From positions 1-64,000 of the forward strand of contig JANNBC010000013.1 of assembly GCA_031385045.1 (NCBI GenBank): 64,000 bases of DNA, read 5' to 3'. The position numbers and the translations under genes are program-made. Numbering within the stretch: position 1 is the stretch's first letter; each line of letters opens with the position of its first letter. The stretch comes from a bacterium (GTDB lineage Bacteria > Bdellovibrionota_C > UBA2361 > CALJRW01). The notes below the pieces were generated by a model. The model was not told the DNA's origin. It saw only the letters and a program-made list of their open reading frames with translations, and did no database searches. Positions 37,465-47,815 of the stretch are shown in pieces.

Positions 37465-39415
37465 TAATTGATAAGTTCTTGTCAGTTACAATTAGTAATG
37501 TTCCTAAAAGCATAATCAGTACACCAAACCACAACCAAACTTGCAAGGGATTAATAAAGACTTTAAAGCTGGCACGATCCCCAGCTTCGTTTAAGCCTGC
37601 CAAGATTAAATACAAATCATTTTTAAGGCCCATTTTTAAGGCTACTTCCGTAGTGCTCTCGCCATTTTTTTTATAGCGGCGTAACTCTGGTTGTAAGCTA
37701 GCATATAAATCCATGCCTGGCCGATAAGCAGTTACTAATCCCTGAAGACCAATAAAGTTTTCATTCTCCAGATCCTTAAGTTCATTTAATTCCAATTGGT
37801 AACCACCAACCTGATAACTCTCCCCAACGGCTAAGCTAAACTCTTTCTCGATCTTTCCTGACATCGACGCTGTAATTCCAACAGCAACAACCGCAACACC
37901 AATGTGCACTAAGTAGCCAGCGGACTTTCGGCGATGAGCTTTCCAACTAGCAAGCATCCCAAGAGGATAAGAAACTTTTGCTGTGCGTTGATATTGCTTA
38001 CCGCCTTGATGAAACTCACTACCAATTGCCATAACTATTAATAAAGATAAGGAGTAAGAAAGAATCGAGTAGAAACTAGGTACTCCAGCCCAAGTGAGAA
38101 TAACTGCTAATAACACTGCTGAGAAAAAAGGAACGCTTGCTTGGCGCAGGAAGTTTTTGATATTTCCTTTTTTCCAAGCAACTAATGGGCCAAGCGCCAT
38201 AAAAAATAACATCATCAGAAAAAGTGGAATGTTAATCGCATTGAAAAATGGAATACCAATGGCTTGTTTCGTACCAGTTAATGCTTCTGAAAAAACTGGA
38301 AACATAACTCCCCAAAAAGTTGCGAAGCAGATACTTACAAAAATTAAATTGTTAATTAAAAAAACTACTTCCCTAGAAAATAAACTTTCTAAACGACGCT
38401 CTGGTCGTAAGGCTTTTCTTCTCCACCAAACAAGCGTAACTGCTACTGTTAGTAACAGGCCAAGATAAATCAAGAAGGCTGGTCCAATATTAGTTTTAGC
38501 AAAAGAATGGACACTTTGAACAATTCCAGACCTCGTTAAGAATGTTCCAAAGACAGTGAGCCCATAAGTTCCAGTAATTAAAAAGATATTCCAAATTTTT
38601 AATAAGCCTTTTTTCTCTTGAACCAAAACAGAGTGAAGGTAAGCAGTCCCCAATAACCAGGGAAGAAACGAAGAATTCTCAACTGGATCCCAAGCCCAAA
38701 AACCACCCCAGCCTAACTCTAAGTATGCCCAATGACCACCAAGCGTAATACCTGCTGTTAAAAATCCCCAGGCAATTAATGTCCAACGACAACTATATCG
38801 AATCCACTCTTTATCTAGTTTTCCACTTAACAAACTAGCCAGCGCAAAAGCATAAGGAACGGCAAAGGCCGTAAATCCTAAATAAAGTGTTGGCGGATGA
38901 ATCGCCATGTAGGGATTTTGGAGTAAAGGATTAAGCCCATTACCTTCTGGTGGAATAAATCCTGCTTGTAAAAATCTAAATGGATTGGTGAAATAAAGAA
39001 CAACTGTCAGAAAAAATAACCCCGAAGAATTAAGTACACAGACTAAGTATGGGATGAGTTGTGGAGAATACTTACCAGAAGTTAAACCAACAATGGCTGA
39101 GAAAAATGTAATCAACACAGCCCAAAGTAACATCGAACCATCCATTCCACCCCAGATAGCAGTGATCTTATAAATGTCTGACATCCCACGGTTAGAATGT
39201 TGCCAAACATATTGATTAGTATAATCGTCGTTTAAAAATAAAACTGCTAGAACCACCAAAGCGCTAACGCCAATTAATCCTGCGAAAACAGTTCCCATTC
39301 TGAGCAAGAAATTATAACGATAGTTCTGTTTAAAACCAAGAATCCCACCAGTGAGAAATCCCACGAGAACAAGAGACCATGCAGAGAAGAGTAAGATTTG
39401 TCCTAGGATATTCAT
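37457..39415 (-). CDS. ccmF: Cytochrome c heme lyase
   Basis: GLNPLLQ...IHPP.LY.G, WAY.ELGWGG.WAWDPVEN.S and GTFLTRSG...SVHSF. Confidence 0.95.
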   Translation of the reverse strand: MNILGQILLFSAWSLVLVGFLTGGILGFKQNYRYNFLLRMGTVFAGLIGVSALVVLAVLFLNDDYTNQYVWQHSNRGMSDIYKITAIWGGMDGSMLLWAVLITFFSAIVGLTSGKYSPQLIPYLVCVLNSSGLFFLTVVLYFTNPFRFLQAGFIPPEGNGLNPLLQNPYMAIHPPTLYLGFTAFAVPYAFALASLLSGKLDKEWIRYSCRWTLIAWGFLTAGITLGGHWAYLELGWGGFWAWDPVENSSFLPWLLGTAYLHSVLVQEKKGLLKIWNIFLITGTYGLTVFGTFLTRSGIVQSVHSFAKTNIGPAFLIYLGLLLTVAVTLVWWRRKALRPERRLESLFSREVVFLINNLIFVSICFATFWGVMFPVFSEALTGTKQAIGIPFFNAINIPLFLMMLFFMALGPLVAWKKGNIKNFLRQASVPFFSAVLLAVILTWAGVPSFYSILSYSLSLLIVMAIGSEFHQGGKQYQRTAKVSYPLGMLASWKAHRRKSAGYLVHIGVAVVAVGITASMSGKIEKEFSLAVGESYQVGGYQLELNELKDLENENFIGLQGLVTAYRPGMDLYASLQPELRRYKKNGESTTEVALKMGLKNDLYLILAGLNEAGDRASFKVFINPLQVWLWFGVLIMLLGTLLIVTDKNLSINE

Positions 39416-39446
39416 ATTTAATATTTATTAACGCTAACTTCTAGCT

Positions 39447-39854
39447 TTATAAGTTTGTTTCTTTCGGCTTCGGTGGTTGATACTTGGAAGGGCATTGAGT
39501 TAGTAATTGCTTAGCAATTAAAACTCCATCAATAAATTCGCCATCAATAATTACATCTCTTCCAACTGCAAACATATCTGGCTTAATTCCAGCGTAAGAT
39601 ACCGGCAAGATAACCGGACTCTTTCCGTCTGGATCCTTAATTTGGAAATCTAGCTTAAAGGCCGGTTGAACGGCATAGTTCACCTCTCCATCAGCAACTC
39701 GCCCCGCAACTCGCACCCGTCTCATCTCTTGGGTCTTAGCCATTAGCTCAGAAGGCAAATAAACTGAAGATGTTCCATTACTTAGGCCTTGAGTTAGGAG
39801 CAAGGCAAAAAAAGCCAAAAAAAGAGCGCCGATGGAAAAGAGTTTTAATTTCAT
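39447..39854 (-). CDS. ccmE: Cytochrome c maturation protein E, CxxxY variant
   Basis: N-terminal TM, Y.G.KPDMF..GR.V...G and LLTQCPSKY. Confidence 0.88.
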   Translation of the reverse strand: MKLKLFSIGALFLAFFALLLTQGLSNGTSSVYLPSELMAKTQEMRRVRVAGRVADGEVNYAVQPAFKLDFQIKDPDGKSPVILPVSYAGIKPDMFAVGRDVIIDGEFIDGVLIAKQLLTQCPSKYQPPKPKETNL

Positions 39855-40012
39855 ACCATATATATGTAGCAAAAATTGGTGAATAATTACAGTTCTAGGG
39901 GCAACATAATCTTTTATTTTTCGATCTAGGGAACTACCCTCTTGCTACCGATAAAAGGGTCTTAGTTTTAATTTATTGAATTATCTGCAATTCATGATAT
40001 AGATCGCTCCTT

Positions 40013-42571
40013 ATGTCCAAGAAACTTGTAATTGTAGAATCACCCACTAAAGCCAAAACCATCAGCAAATTCCTAGGAAAAGGCTATGATGTGCGCTCCT
40101 CCTATGGACATATTAGGGATTTACCAGACAGCGCCAAGGAAATTCCAGCAAACGTCAAAAAGGAACCTTGGGCCCGCCTTGGAATTAATATAGATAAGGA
40201 TTTCGAGCCCTTATACATTATTTCAGCCGATAAAAAGAAGCGAGTTAAGGAACTTAAAGATCTTTTGAAAGAAGCAGATGAGATTTACCTAGCTACCGAT
40301 GAAGACCGCGAAGGAGAATCCATCAGTTGGCACCTGTTAGAGGTCTTAAAGCCAAAAGTTCCTGTTAAAAGAATGGTTTTTCATGAAATTACCAAAGAAG
40401 CCATCCAAGCTGCAATTAATTCCCCGAGAGATGTGGATATGCACTTAGTGGAAGCTCAAGAAACTCGTCGAGTTGTTGACCGTTTATATGGCTACACCGT
40501 CTCTCCTTTGCTTTGGAAAAAAATGGCTCCAAGACTTAGTGCTGGCCGAGTTCAAAGTGTTGTCTTAAGATTGCTAGTGGAAAGAGAAAGAGAAAGAATT
40601 AGCTTTCGAAGTGGAACGTATTGGGACTTAAAAGCAACATTCGCTAAAGACAGTCAAGAATTTGATGCGGAACTATTTAGCTACAAGAATCAAAGAATTG
40701 CCAGCGGAAAAGATTTCGATCCAATAAATGGTAAACTAACAGCTACATCCAAGGTCTTACTTCTTAATGCTGAGGAATCAGACAAACTGCGTACTGAGTT
40801 AAAAAAACAAACTGCTAAAATAAGCGAGGTTGATAGCAAACCGTACACAACAAAACCCTACGCTCCATTTACTACTAGCACAATTCAACAGGAAGCTAAC
40901 CGCAAACTTAGATTCTCGGCACAACGCACTATGCGTCTTGCTCAAACTCTTTATGAGAATGGTTATATTACCTACATGAGAACTGACTCAACAACTTTGT
41001 CAGCGGAAGCAATTGATGGTGCCAGAAAAATTATTTCCAATGAATTCGGTAAAGAATACTTACCGACTGCTCCTCGTGAATATAAAACTAAAGTAAAAAA
41101 TGCCCAAGAAGCCCACGAAGCAATTCGCCCAGCAGGTTCTAACTTTGCCGATCCGCAAGATGTTAAAAAGGCTCTAGGAGAAGACGAATTCAAATTATAC
41201 GAAATGATTTGGAAAAGAATGCTAGCCTGTCAGATGAAAGATGCCGAAGGCAATCGTCAATCACTAAGTGTTCAATTAGGAGATGCTGTCTTTAAAGCAT
41301 CTGGAAAAACAATTACTTTTCCCGGATTTTTAAGAGCCTACGTTGAAGGCAGTGACGATCCCGAAGCTGAAATTGCTGACCAAGAAAAAATCTTACCCGC
41401 ACTAAAAGTTTCTGAAGAATTAAGCACTAAAAAGCTTGATACCTTCGAACATAAAACTCAATCACCCGCGCGCTACACAGAAGGTAGCTTAATTAAGGAA
41501 TTAGAAAAACGTGGTATTGGCCGACCAAGTACCTGGGCCAGCGTTGTAAATCTAGTATTAACTAGAACCTATGCCTTCAAAAAAGGGACAGCCTTAGTTC
41601 CTAGTTTTCTAGCCCAAGCACTAGTTGGGTTACTAGAAAATTATTTTACAAACTTAGTCGACTATTCCTTCACTGCTCAACTAGAAGACGACCTAGATGA
41701 AATTTCCCTAGGTAAAAGTAATCGTCTAACGTATCTAACAAGTTTCTATCATGGCAATGGTCACTTAGGACTAAAAGCCTTGGTTGAAAAAGGTGAAGAG
41801 ACAATTGATCCACGAATAGTTTGTGGATTAGAAATTGGACATGACGCTAATGGCGTAAAACTAGAAGTGCGAATTGGTCGCTATGGTCCGTTCCTAACTA
41901 ACGGAGAAACACGTGCAGGTCTTCCAGAGGAATTAGCTCCCGACGAGCTCACTATGGAACGAGCCTTAGAGTTAATTGCAACAGCAGAGCGTGGTCCAGA
42001 ATCCCTTGGTATCGAACCGGAGTCAGGCCTTCCTGTCTTCCTAAAAACTGGACGCTATGGGCCTTATGTTCAACTAGGAGAGAAAACTGAGGATTATCCA
42101 AAACCAAAAATGGCCTCGCTTTTAAGCAATCAAGTTGCAATAGATCTAACACTAGAACAAGCAATTGGACTACTGAGTCTTCCTCGTAAAATTGGAACAT
42201 TCCCCGACAACAACGAAGATATAGTTGCTGCTAATGGAAGATTTGGACCCTACCTAAAAGCGGGAACTGAAACACGAAGCTTAAACTTAGCTAATCATTC
42301 TCCTGTTACAGTAACACTGGAAGAAGCAATTGAAATTTTACGCACACCCAAAACTCGTGGCCGACAAACCGTTGCTAGTGTCTTAAAAGAATTGGGAGTT
42401 CATCCAGTTACTAATAAGAAGCTACAAATTAAGAATGGTAAGTATGGGCCTTACGTGACTGATGGAAAACTAAATGCCTCAGTTCCAAAAGATAAATCAC
42501 CAGAAGAAGTGACATTAGAAGATGCTGTAAATTTGCTCAGCTTAAGAGCTGAGCAAATTAAAAATAAATAA
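40013..42571 (+). CDS. topA: DNA topoisomerase I with C-terminal Toprim_C-type repeats (no Zn ribbons)
   Basis: LVIVESPTKAK, ATDEDREGE, SAGRVQS, ITYMRTDS, QEAHEAIRP and GIGRPST, plus four G[RK][YF]GP[FY] repeats. Confidence 0.97.
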   Translation: MSKKLVIVESPTKAKTISKFLGKGYDVRSSYGHIRDLPDSAKEIPANVKKEPWARLGINIDKDFEPLYIISADKKKRVKELKDLLKEADEIYLATDEDREGESISWHLLEVLKPKVPVKRMVFHEITKEAIQAAINSPRDVDMHLVEAQETRRVVDRLYGYTVSPLLWKKMAPRLSAGRVQSVVLRLLVERERERISFRSGTYWDLKATFAKDSQEFDAELFSYKNQRIASGKDFDPINGKLTATSKVLLLNAEESDKLRTELKKQTAKISEVDSKPYTTKPYAPFTTSTIQQEANRKLRFSAQRTMRLAQTLYENGYITYMRTDSTTLSAEAIDGARKIISNEFGKEYLPTAPREYKTKVKNAQEAHEAIRPAGSNFADPQDVKKALGEDEFKLYEMIWKRMLACQMKDAEGNRQSLSVQLGDAVFKASGKTITFPGFLRAYVEGSDDPEAEIADQEKILPALKVSEELSTKKLDTFEHKTQSPARYTEGSLIKELEKRGIGRPSTWASVVNLVLTRTYAFKKGTALVPSFLAQALVGLLENYFTNLVDYSFTAQLEDDLDEISLGKSNRLTYLTSFYHGNGHLGLKALVEKGEETIDPRIVCGLEIGHDANGVKLEVRIGRYGPFLTNGETRAGLPEELAPDELTMERALELIATAERGPESLGIEPESGLPVFLKTGRYGPYVQLGEKTEDYPKPKMASLLSNQVAIDLTLEQAIGLLSLPRKIGTFPDNNEDIVAANGRFGPYLKAGTETRSLNLANHSPVTVTLEEAIEILRTPKTRGRQTVASVLKELGVHPVTNKKLQIKNGKYGPYVTDGKLNASVPKDKSPEEVTLEDAVNLLSLRAEQIKNK

Positions 42572-42578
42572 TTAAAAG

Positions 42579-42598
42579 CCTAGAAAGATTTTTCTAGG
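42579..42598. terminator. Hairpin after topA
   Basis: CCTAGAAA-GATT-TTTCTAGG between convergent genes. Confidence 0.5.
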
Positions 42599-42646
42599 TG
42601 GAATTTAGCTACAGTTAAAGCTAAGAACCCGAAACAAACTCAATAA

Positions 42647-43210
42647 CTAAAACCCTGCTGCCTCACACCCACTGATTGATAGACCCGGAATTTTCTGGGC
42701 AGTCTCGACAGTCCCATTGCGGTAATAGTAAAATCCCGACCTAGTTTGTGTAACATAACCTGACATACTTGTGTAGCTACCAAAAGATCCCTTACAACTT
42801 TTAACTTCAATTACCGTAACATCGCCTTTAGGCTGATATATAAAAAAAAGTGTGAGATAAGGTGATTTAATTATTGGCCAAAGTGTGGCATCTAAAACCT
42901 GCGTTACTCTTGCTGACGCAGCTCCTAGAGCAGTTAAGTTATGATAGACAAGAGATGTCCCATTTAAGGACTTTGATGCAACCACTTCCGCAAGATTTGT
43001 CGCATTGTTTACTGGCAAATCATCTACTAGACCAGAAAGACTAAACAGTGCTTGCTTAACACTATTCGCGATGGATTCAGATTCAACATCATAGGCAGCC
43101 GTTCGATAGTTCCCATATAAAGATAGTGAAATCGAAGCCAAAATACCAAGAATCGCCACAGTCGTTAGCAACTCAACTAACGTAAATCCCTTTGATGTCA
43201 ATGTCTGCAT
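42647..43210 (-). CDS. Type IV pilin-like protein
   Basis: KGFTLVELLTTVAILGILASIS and a C-terminal Cys pair. Confidence 0.85.
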   Translation of the reverse strand: MQTLTSKGFTLVELLTTVAILGILASISLSLYGNYRTAAYDVESESIANSVKQALFSLSGLVDDLPVNNATNLAEVVASKSLNGTSLVYHNLTALGAASARVTQVLDATLWPIIKSPYLTLFFIYQPKGDVTVIEVKSCKGSFGSYTSMSGYVTQTRSGFYYYRNGTVETAQKIPGLSISGCEAAGF

Positions 43211-43457
43211 CTAGATAACCAATAAAAGCATCTCCCGCATTTCTAACAACATAAGAACACATTATTGCGACACTACAATCTGGAAGACTATTATATTAAG
43301 AATAAGTGATCACTATTCTAATTACAAGACATAACCTCATAATTAGAATCGATTGGTAAGTATGAGTAGTTAAAAAATAAGTCTTTCTACCTTTATCAAA
43401 TTGAGTAACTAATAATATAATCAATGCTATGAGCTCTCATAACCTGCCACAATAACT

Positions 43458-45374
43458 GTGTTTAATATCTCTAAGAAATTAACTTCCAGATCTGTAATTA
43501 ACACTCTGCGCTGCAAAAACTTACCATTTATCTTATCGGTAACATTAGCCTGCTGTCTTTACTTAAGGAAAATCCATGAACTGCTATTTAAGGTCGAACT
43601 AGCTAGCCAATTACCCTTGTTGAACATAGATCTCAGTAGTTATTATCTATGGATCCTAAGAGGAGTAACAGCTCTAGAGAAAAACGGGCAACTGCTCGGA
43701 TATGATCCCTATATGGGTGCAGGAAGGATCATTAGTCCATCTCTTGGCATTGGATGCTTCTTATTAACCAAGATCTGTTATTACCTAAAACCATTATTTT
43801 CAGTGGAACAGTCACTACTCTATCTAGAAATATCTCTAATTATTTTACCACCACTTTTATTAATTCCAGTTTGCAAAACCCTGAGAAGTGATTCCAAGAT
43901 TTATCTGCCAGCACTAATGCTAATAGCCACTGTTTATGGATTCCATCTACCTCTAACTCCCGGTATTCAAAATGGAGCACTACTAACCTTTGAAGCATCT
44001 TGTTTTATCTCAATCTATGTTGTGACACTAATTTGTCGCTGGGTCAAAAGTACTAGTAAAAAAGACTATCTACTTTTTACAATATTACTACCACTTGTCA
44101 TTCAACTTCATATTGCTTCAATCATTACACTTTTCTTCCCATTATTTTTAATTACCTTGAATTTGATTTGGAATAAAAAATTAGGACAATTACTTTACTT
44201 AAGTCTTACCTACTCTTTCTGCCTTCTTGTAAATTATAACTTGCTCGCTCTTTGGATTGAGACAAGAGGTTGGTATACTGGAGCAGACTATCTAGGAAGT
44301 AACTACCTTGTAGTTTGGAATGAACTATTTGGAATAACAGGAGTAGATCTCTTTAGTATACTAAGTTCTGTAATCCGTTGCAGTCTTGTCTTGTTTTCTG
44401 CCGCTTATCTAAGTGCTAACCTAAAAAAGTCTTTTTGTAATAAAAAACTATTATTCTACTGGCTAATCTATTTAATAGTAATTGTATCTTTTGCTGATAA
44501 TTTCCTAGGTGGAAATAAAATCCAAGCCGCCAGATACATGCTCCCTGCTTGGATCATAGTCTTAGTCTTTGCTACTGCCGAACTAAGTCATAAATCAAAT
44601 CGGCCTCTCAAGCTGACCTTCTATAGCTTACTAATTCTTTCTGGATTTATTTGTAAATATTCAACAAAGAACACAGAGCTTTCTAACTCGGCAAAAGTAA
44701 CGCCATATTCTAAGTACTACACACTGACAAATGAAAAAGTTTTTTTTAATATTCTAACCCCCGAAGAGCAACGCCTAGTTAGCTTTATCTCCCATGATCT
44801 ACCTAAAAATGGACGACTACTAATGGAAACAGCAGATAAATTTACTTTTCATTTGGTATCATTAATTAATGCTACTTCCAATGTTTCACAAATTGGCGAG
44901 GAGGCCAAATCAAGTCATACGATCAACAACTTTCAAATTTTTTATCGAGGGGACGATCTAATTGCCTTCCAAGAAATACCTTATTTGCCAAACAGTAACT
45001 TTGAGCAATATTTAAATCTCTATAATATTACCCATATTGCCACCACCGACCTAGTTACTAAAGGGTTAATTAGTCCTTTCTTAGATCCAAAAGGACTTTT
45101 TGTATCAAATATTTACTCGATATTTAAAACTAAGATCGAGCCAACTTGGTTTATGACCGGCAAAGGAGATGTTGAATATGCAATCAATCAAATTAAATTA
45201 CACCATTTATCAGCCGGAGAAATTATCACTAAATTTCATTATATCAAGGGTTTAGTGACCGAACCAAATGTAAAAATTAATCCAATCTACATCCTAAAAG
45301 ATCCCGTTCCCTTTATTTCCTTTAATAATGTTGATGCCCTAAGCGAAATAAAAATATATTTTCCTAGAAACTAG
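43458..45374 (+). CDS. Polytopic membrane protein, possibly a GT-C-fold glycosyltransferase
   Basis: About 11 TM segments followed by a soluble C-terminal domain. GYDPYMGAG loop after TM1, and RY and GRLL.E motifs. Confidence 0.5.
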   Translation: MFNISKKLTSRSVINTLRCKNLPFILSVTLACCLYLRKIHELLFKVELASQLPLLNIDLSSYYLWILRGVTALEKNGQLLGYDPYMGAGRIISPSLGIGCFLLTKICYYLKPLFSVEQSLLYLEISLIILPPLLLIPVCKTLRSDSKIYLPALMLIATVYGFHLPLTPGIQNGALLTFEASCFISIYVVTLICRWVKSTSKKDYLLFTILLPLVIQLHIASIITLFFPLFLITLNLIWNKKLGQLLYLSLTYSFCLLVNYNLLALWIETRGWYTGADYLGSNYLVVWNELFGITGVDLFSILSSVIRCSLVLFSAAYLSANLKKSFCNKKLLFYWLIYLIVIVSFADNFLGGNKIQAARYMLPAWIIVLVFATAELSHKSNRPLKLTFYSLLILSGFICKYSTKNTELSNSAKVTPYSKYYTLTNEKVFFNILTPEEQRLVSFISHDLPKNGRLLMETADKFTFHLVSLINATSNVSQIGEEAKSSHTINNFQIFYRGDDLIAFQEIPYLPNSNFEQYLNLYNITHIATTDLVTKGLISPFLDPKGLFVSNIYSIFKTKIEPTWFMTGKGDVEYAINQIKLHHLSAGEIITKFHYIKGLVTEPNVKINPIYILKDPVPFISFNNVDALSEIKIYFPRN

Positions 45375-45376
45375 TA

Positions 45377-45610
45377 TTACTCCTTCGTAATATTTTTAAT
45401 AATTCGTAGCTCTAAATCTCTTAGATCACCAACCTTACTAAATCGATTATCAATAAATTGGCGGAAACTCTTTTTGATAATCTTTAAATGTTTAGCAAAC
45501 CGAAGACAACGACGGCAGATAATCAGATGCATTCTCACTTCCATTCTTTGAAGTAAGGTTAGATCTTCCTGACTATCAACAATCCGAATAATTTCACGGC
45601 AAGATCGCAT
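45377..45610 (-). CDS. zf-HC2 anti-sigma factor
   Basis: M.SC...HL.IC..C motif, 77 aa, directly downstream of an ECF sigma. Confidence 0.85.
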   Translation of the reverse strand: MRSCREIIRIVDSQEDLTLLQRMEVRMHLIICRRCLRFAKHLKIIKKSFRQFIDNRFSKVGDLRDLELRIIKNITKE

Positions 45611-45615
45611 AACTC

Positions 45616-46209
45616 TTATCTTGTAATTTTAAACTCTAAGCAGTGTCTTAAGCTAGCCTTTGCTCTAAATAGCAAGACACCTAAGTTAGTGACAGTTACA
45701 TCTAAAATCTTACATATTTCTTGACTTGAATATTCTTCAATCTCTCGAAGATAAAAGGCAAGCCGTTGCGACAAAGGTAGATTAGTAAGACATTTTTCAA
45801 TAAAACTAAGTGTTTGAGAAGCTTCTAGCATTTTATCAGGGCTAACTAGATGACTAGACCAATGGCCTTTGTCATCAAAACAATCATTCAGTAAGTCTTC
45901 GATCCGATCTTCTGGAATATTTTTTTGAATATCTCGATGAAGCTCACGAGCCTTATTATAAAGAATTCCAAAAAGATAAGTTTTAAGCTGAGAACGACCT
46001 TCAAATTTATCAGGAGCCTGAAAAAATATTGCCCAAGTATTTTGCACTAGATCTTCTGCTTCCTGATCTGAAATAAACCCCAAACCATAGGCTCCCTTTA
46101 GTAAGTAAGAAGTATACTCTCTAACAATCAGCTCAATTACCTCAGAATTCTTACTGCTTATTGCCTCGACTAACTCAATCTCAGTAAAATCTTCAATTTT
46201 TTTATTCAC
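45616..46209 (-). CDS. ECF RNA polymerase sigma factor
   Basis: AEDLVQ, FEGRSQLKTYL.GIL.NK, F...GHW and LRE...EIC..L.V...NL.V.L.RA. Confidence 0.92.
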   Translation of the reverse strand: MNKKIEDFTEIELVEAISSKNSEVIELIVREYTSYLLKGAYGLGFISDQEAEDLVQNTWAIFFQAPDKFEGRSQLKTYLFGILYNKARELHRDIQKNIPEDRIEDLLNDCFDDKGHWSSHLVSPDKMLEASQTLSFIEKCLTNLPLSQRLAFYLREIEEYSSQEICKILDVTVTNLGVLLFRAKASLRHCLEFKITR

Positions 46210-46437
46210 TATAATTTTAATTAAAAACGATTAAAAACAGGAAGTTAAGCTTCTTAACTATAGAATCAGACCCTTCCTATCGCAATAGACTGTAAATTAA
46301 TTCTATAATCTAAAAAACTTTGTAATAATTTAGTTAAGACACACACTAATAGTGGTAATAAAGATTATCTGAGGTAGTTAACTCAAATTCTTTAAAATTT
46401 AAAAAATAAACATATAATATATTCTTGGAGAAATAGA

Positions 46438-46686
46438 ATGATTAAGAAAACTCTTTTGTTAGCATTAATTGCTATCTGTAGCCTAGTGATTGGAATTACT
46501 TCTGCTAGCGCTTCCCCAGTAGCACCAAATAGTAACATGCAAACACTACAAGCTGATGACACCAAAAAGTGTGATGACGGCAAAGAAGATGAAACAGCTA
46601 AATGCGATGACGGCAAAGACAAAGAGGCCACTAAGTGTGGTGATGGGAAAGAGAAAGAAAAATGTGGGGCTGGGAAATGTGGTTAA
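46438..46686 (+). CDS. Secreted Cys-repeat peptide, HvfA/oxazolin-like precursor
   Basis: Signal peptide, then KCDDGK, KCDDGK, KCGDGK and KCGAGKCG* (5 core Cys). Context of ECF/zf-HC2 and DoxX. Confidence 0.8.
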   Translation: MIKKTLLLALIAICSLVIGITSASASPVAPNSNMQTLQADDTKKCDDGKEDETAKCDDGKDKEATKCGDGKEKEKCGAGKCG

Positions 46687-46727
46687 TCTCCTTCTTAGAT
46701 TAATTTTATAGAAAAATTTATTCTTTT

Positions 46728-46766
46728 AAACGGCATTCAGAACTAAAAAAACTGACTGCCGTTTTC
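46728..46766 (+). terminator. Terminator/attenuator-like hairpin between the peptide gene and doxX
   Basis: AAACGGCA-T-TCAG...CTGA-C-TGCCGTTT followed by TCTTT. Confidence 0.55.
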
Positions 46767-46797
46767 TTTACCAGCAAAAGTATTTTAATTAACGACT

Positions 46798-47238
46798 ATG
46801 TCTAAAATCCTAAATCTGATTAGCAATTTAAAAGATTTTCCACCTTTACTTTTTCGCTTAATCCTTGCTTATGGATTTCTTTATCCAGCGCTGGCTAAAG
46901 TTAATAATATCTCAGCAATCGCCGAATGGTTTGCTGGTATGAACATTCCCTTTCCTCTTTTAAATGCTTACTTAGCAACTACAACTGAAATATCAGGGGT
47001 AATTTTACTAACTCTGGGACTTGCAACTAGATTAATCTCAATCCCATTAATGTTTACAATGTTCGTTGCAATCTTTACAGTCCACTTTCAACATGGATTT
47101 GAGGCTGGCAAGAATGGCTTTGAGATCCCATTATATTACTTATTAATGCTCTTTAGTTTATTAATCAGTGGCCCTGGAAGATTAAGTTTAGATTATTTAA
47201 TTTTTAAGAAATTTCAATTAAATTCTTGTGGAAAATAA
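46798..47238 (+). CDS. DoxX-family membrane protein (HvfX-like)
   Basis: RL.LAYGF..PA..K, WF....IP.P, E..G..LL.LGL.TR, VH...GF...NG.EIP and GPG..SLD. Confidence 0.9.
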   Translation: MSKILNLISNLKDFPPLLFRLILAYGFLYPALAKVNNISAIAEWFAGMNIPFPLLNAYLATTTEISGVILLTLGLATRLISIPLMFTMFVAIFTVHFQHGFEAGKNGFEIPLYYLLMLFSLLISGPGRLSLDYLIFKKFQLNSCGK

Positions 47239-47815
47239 AAAGCTCTTTGCTGATTTTTCAAATGGAATAATCGATCGGCGTATTTTTCTAAAGGGGCTTT
47301 TAGTTCTAACAGGAAGCTTAACCCTTAGTGGTTGCCTAAGTTATTTTTATCAAGAATCTGGGGAGAGCTCGCGACTTGATAATCTTCAACTGAAAAATAT
47401 TGCAGCAGCACAAAGACATCTTTTCCCTAAAACAGATACAGCTCCAGGAGCCGAACAAATTAATGCTTTAGATTACTTGCAGTTCGTCCTTCATGATCAA
47501 CAGATCAGCCGAGAAGATCGAGACTTTATCCTTAAAGGCGCTGTTTGGCTTAACGAAACAAGCATAGAAGACTTTCAGATTGATTTTTATTTGCTAGATT
47601 TTAATCAACGTGAAAAACTTTTTCAAAAGATCTCCCAAAAAACTTGGGGAGAAAATTGGCTTTCAGCAATTTTAAAATATATCTTTGAAGCACTGCTGAG
47701 TGATCCGCTGTATGGCGGAAACCCAAACTCTATTGGTTGGGATTGGTTACAATTCCAACCTGGATACCCAAGACCTACAGAACTGAATCTTTATCCTAAA
47801 ATTTTAAAGCTATGA
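47228..47815 (+). CDS. Gluconate 2-dehydrogenase subunit 3-family protein with Tat signal
   Basis: DRRIFLKG twin-arginine motif, P....PGA and DP.YGGN...GW..L...PG.P. Confidence 0.85.
   Translation: MENKKLFADFSNGIIDRRIFLKGLLVLTGSLTLSGCLSYFYQESGESSRLDNLQLKNIAAAQRHLFPKTDTAPGAEQINALDYLQFVLHDQQISREDRDFILKGAVWLNETSIEDFQIDFYLLDFNQREKLFQKISQKTWGENWLSAILKYIFEALLSDPLYGGNPNSIGWDWLQFQPGYPRPTELNLYPKILKL

Noticed and set aside
46392..46631. 79-aa minus-strand Ser-rich ORF
   Set aside because: Antisense of the Cys-repeat peptide gene.
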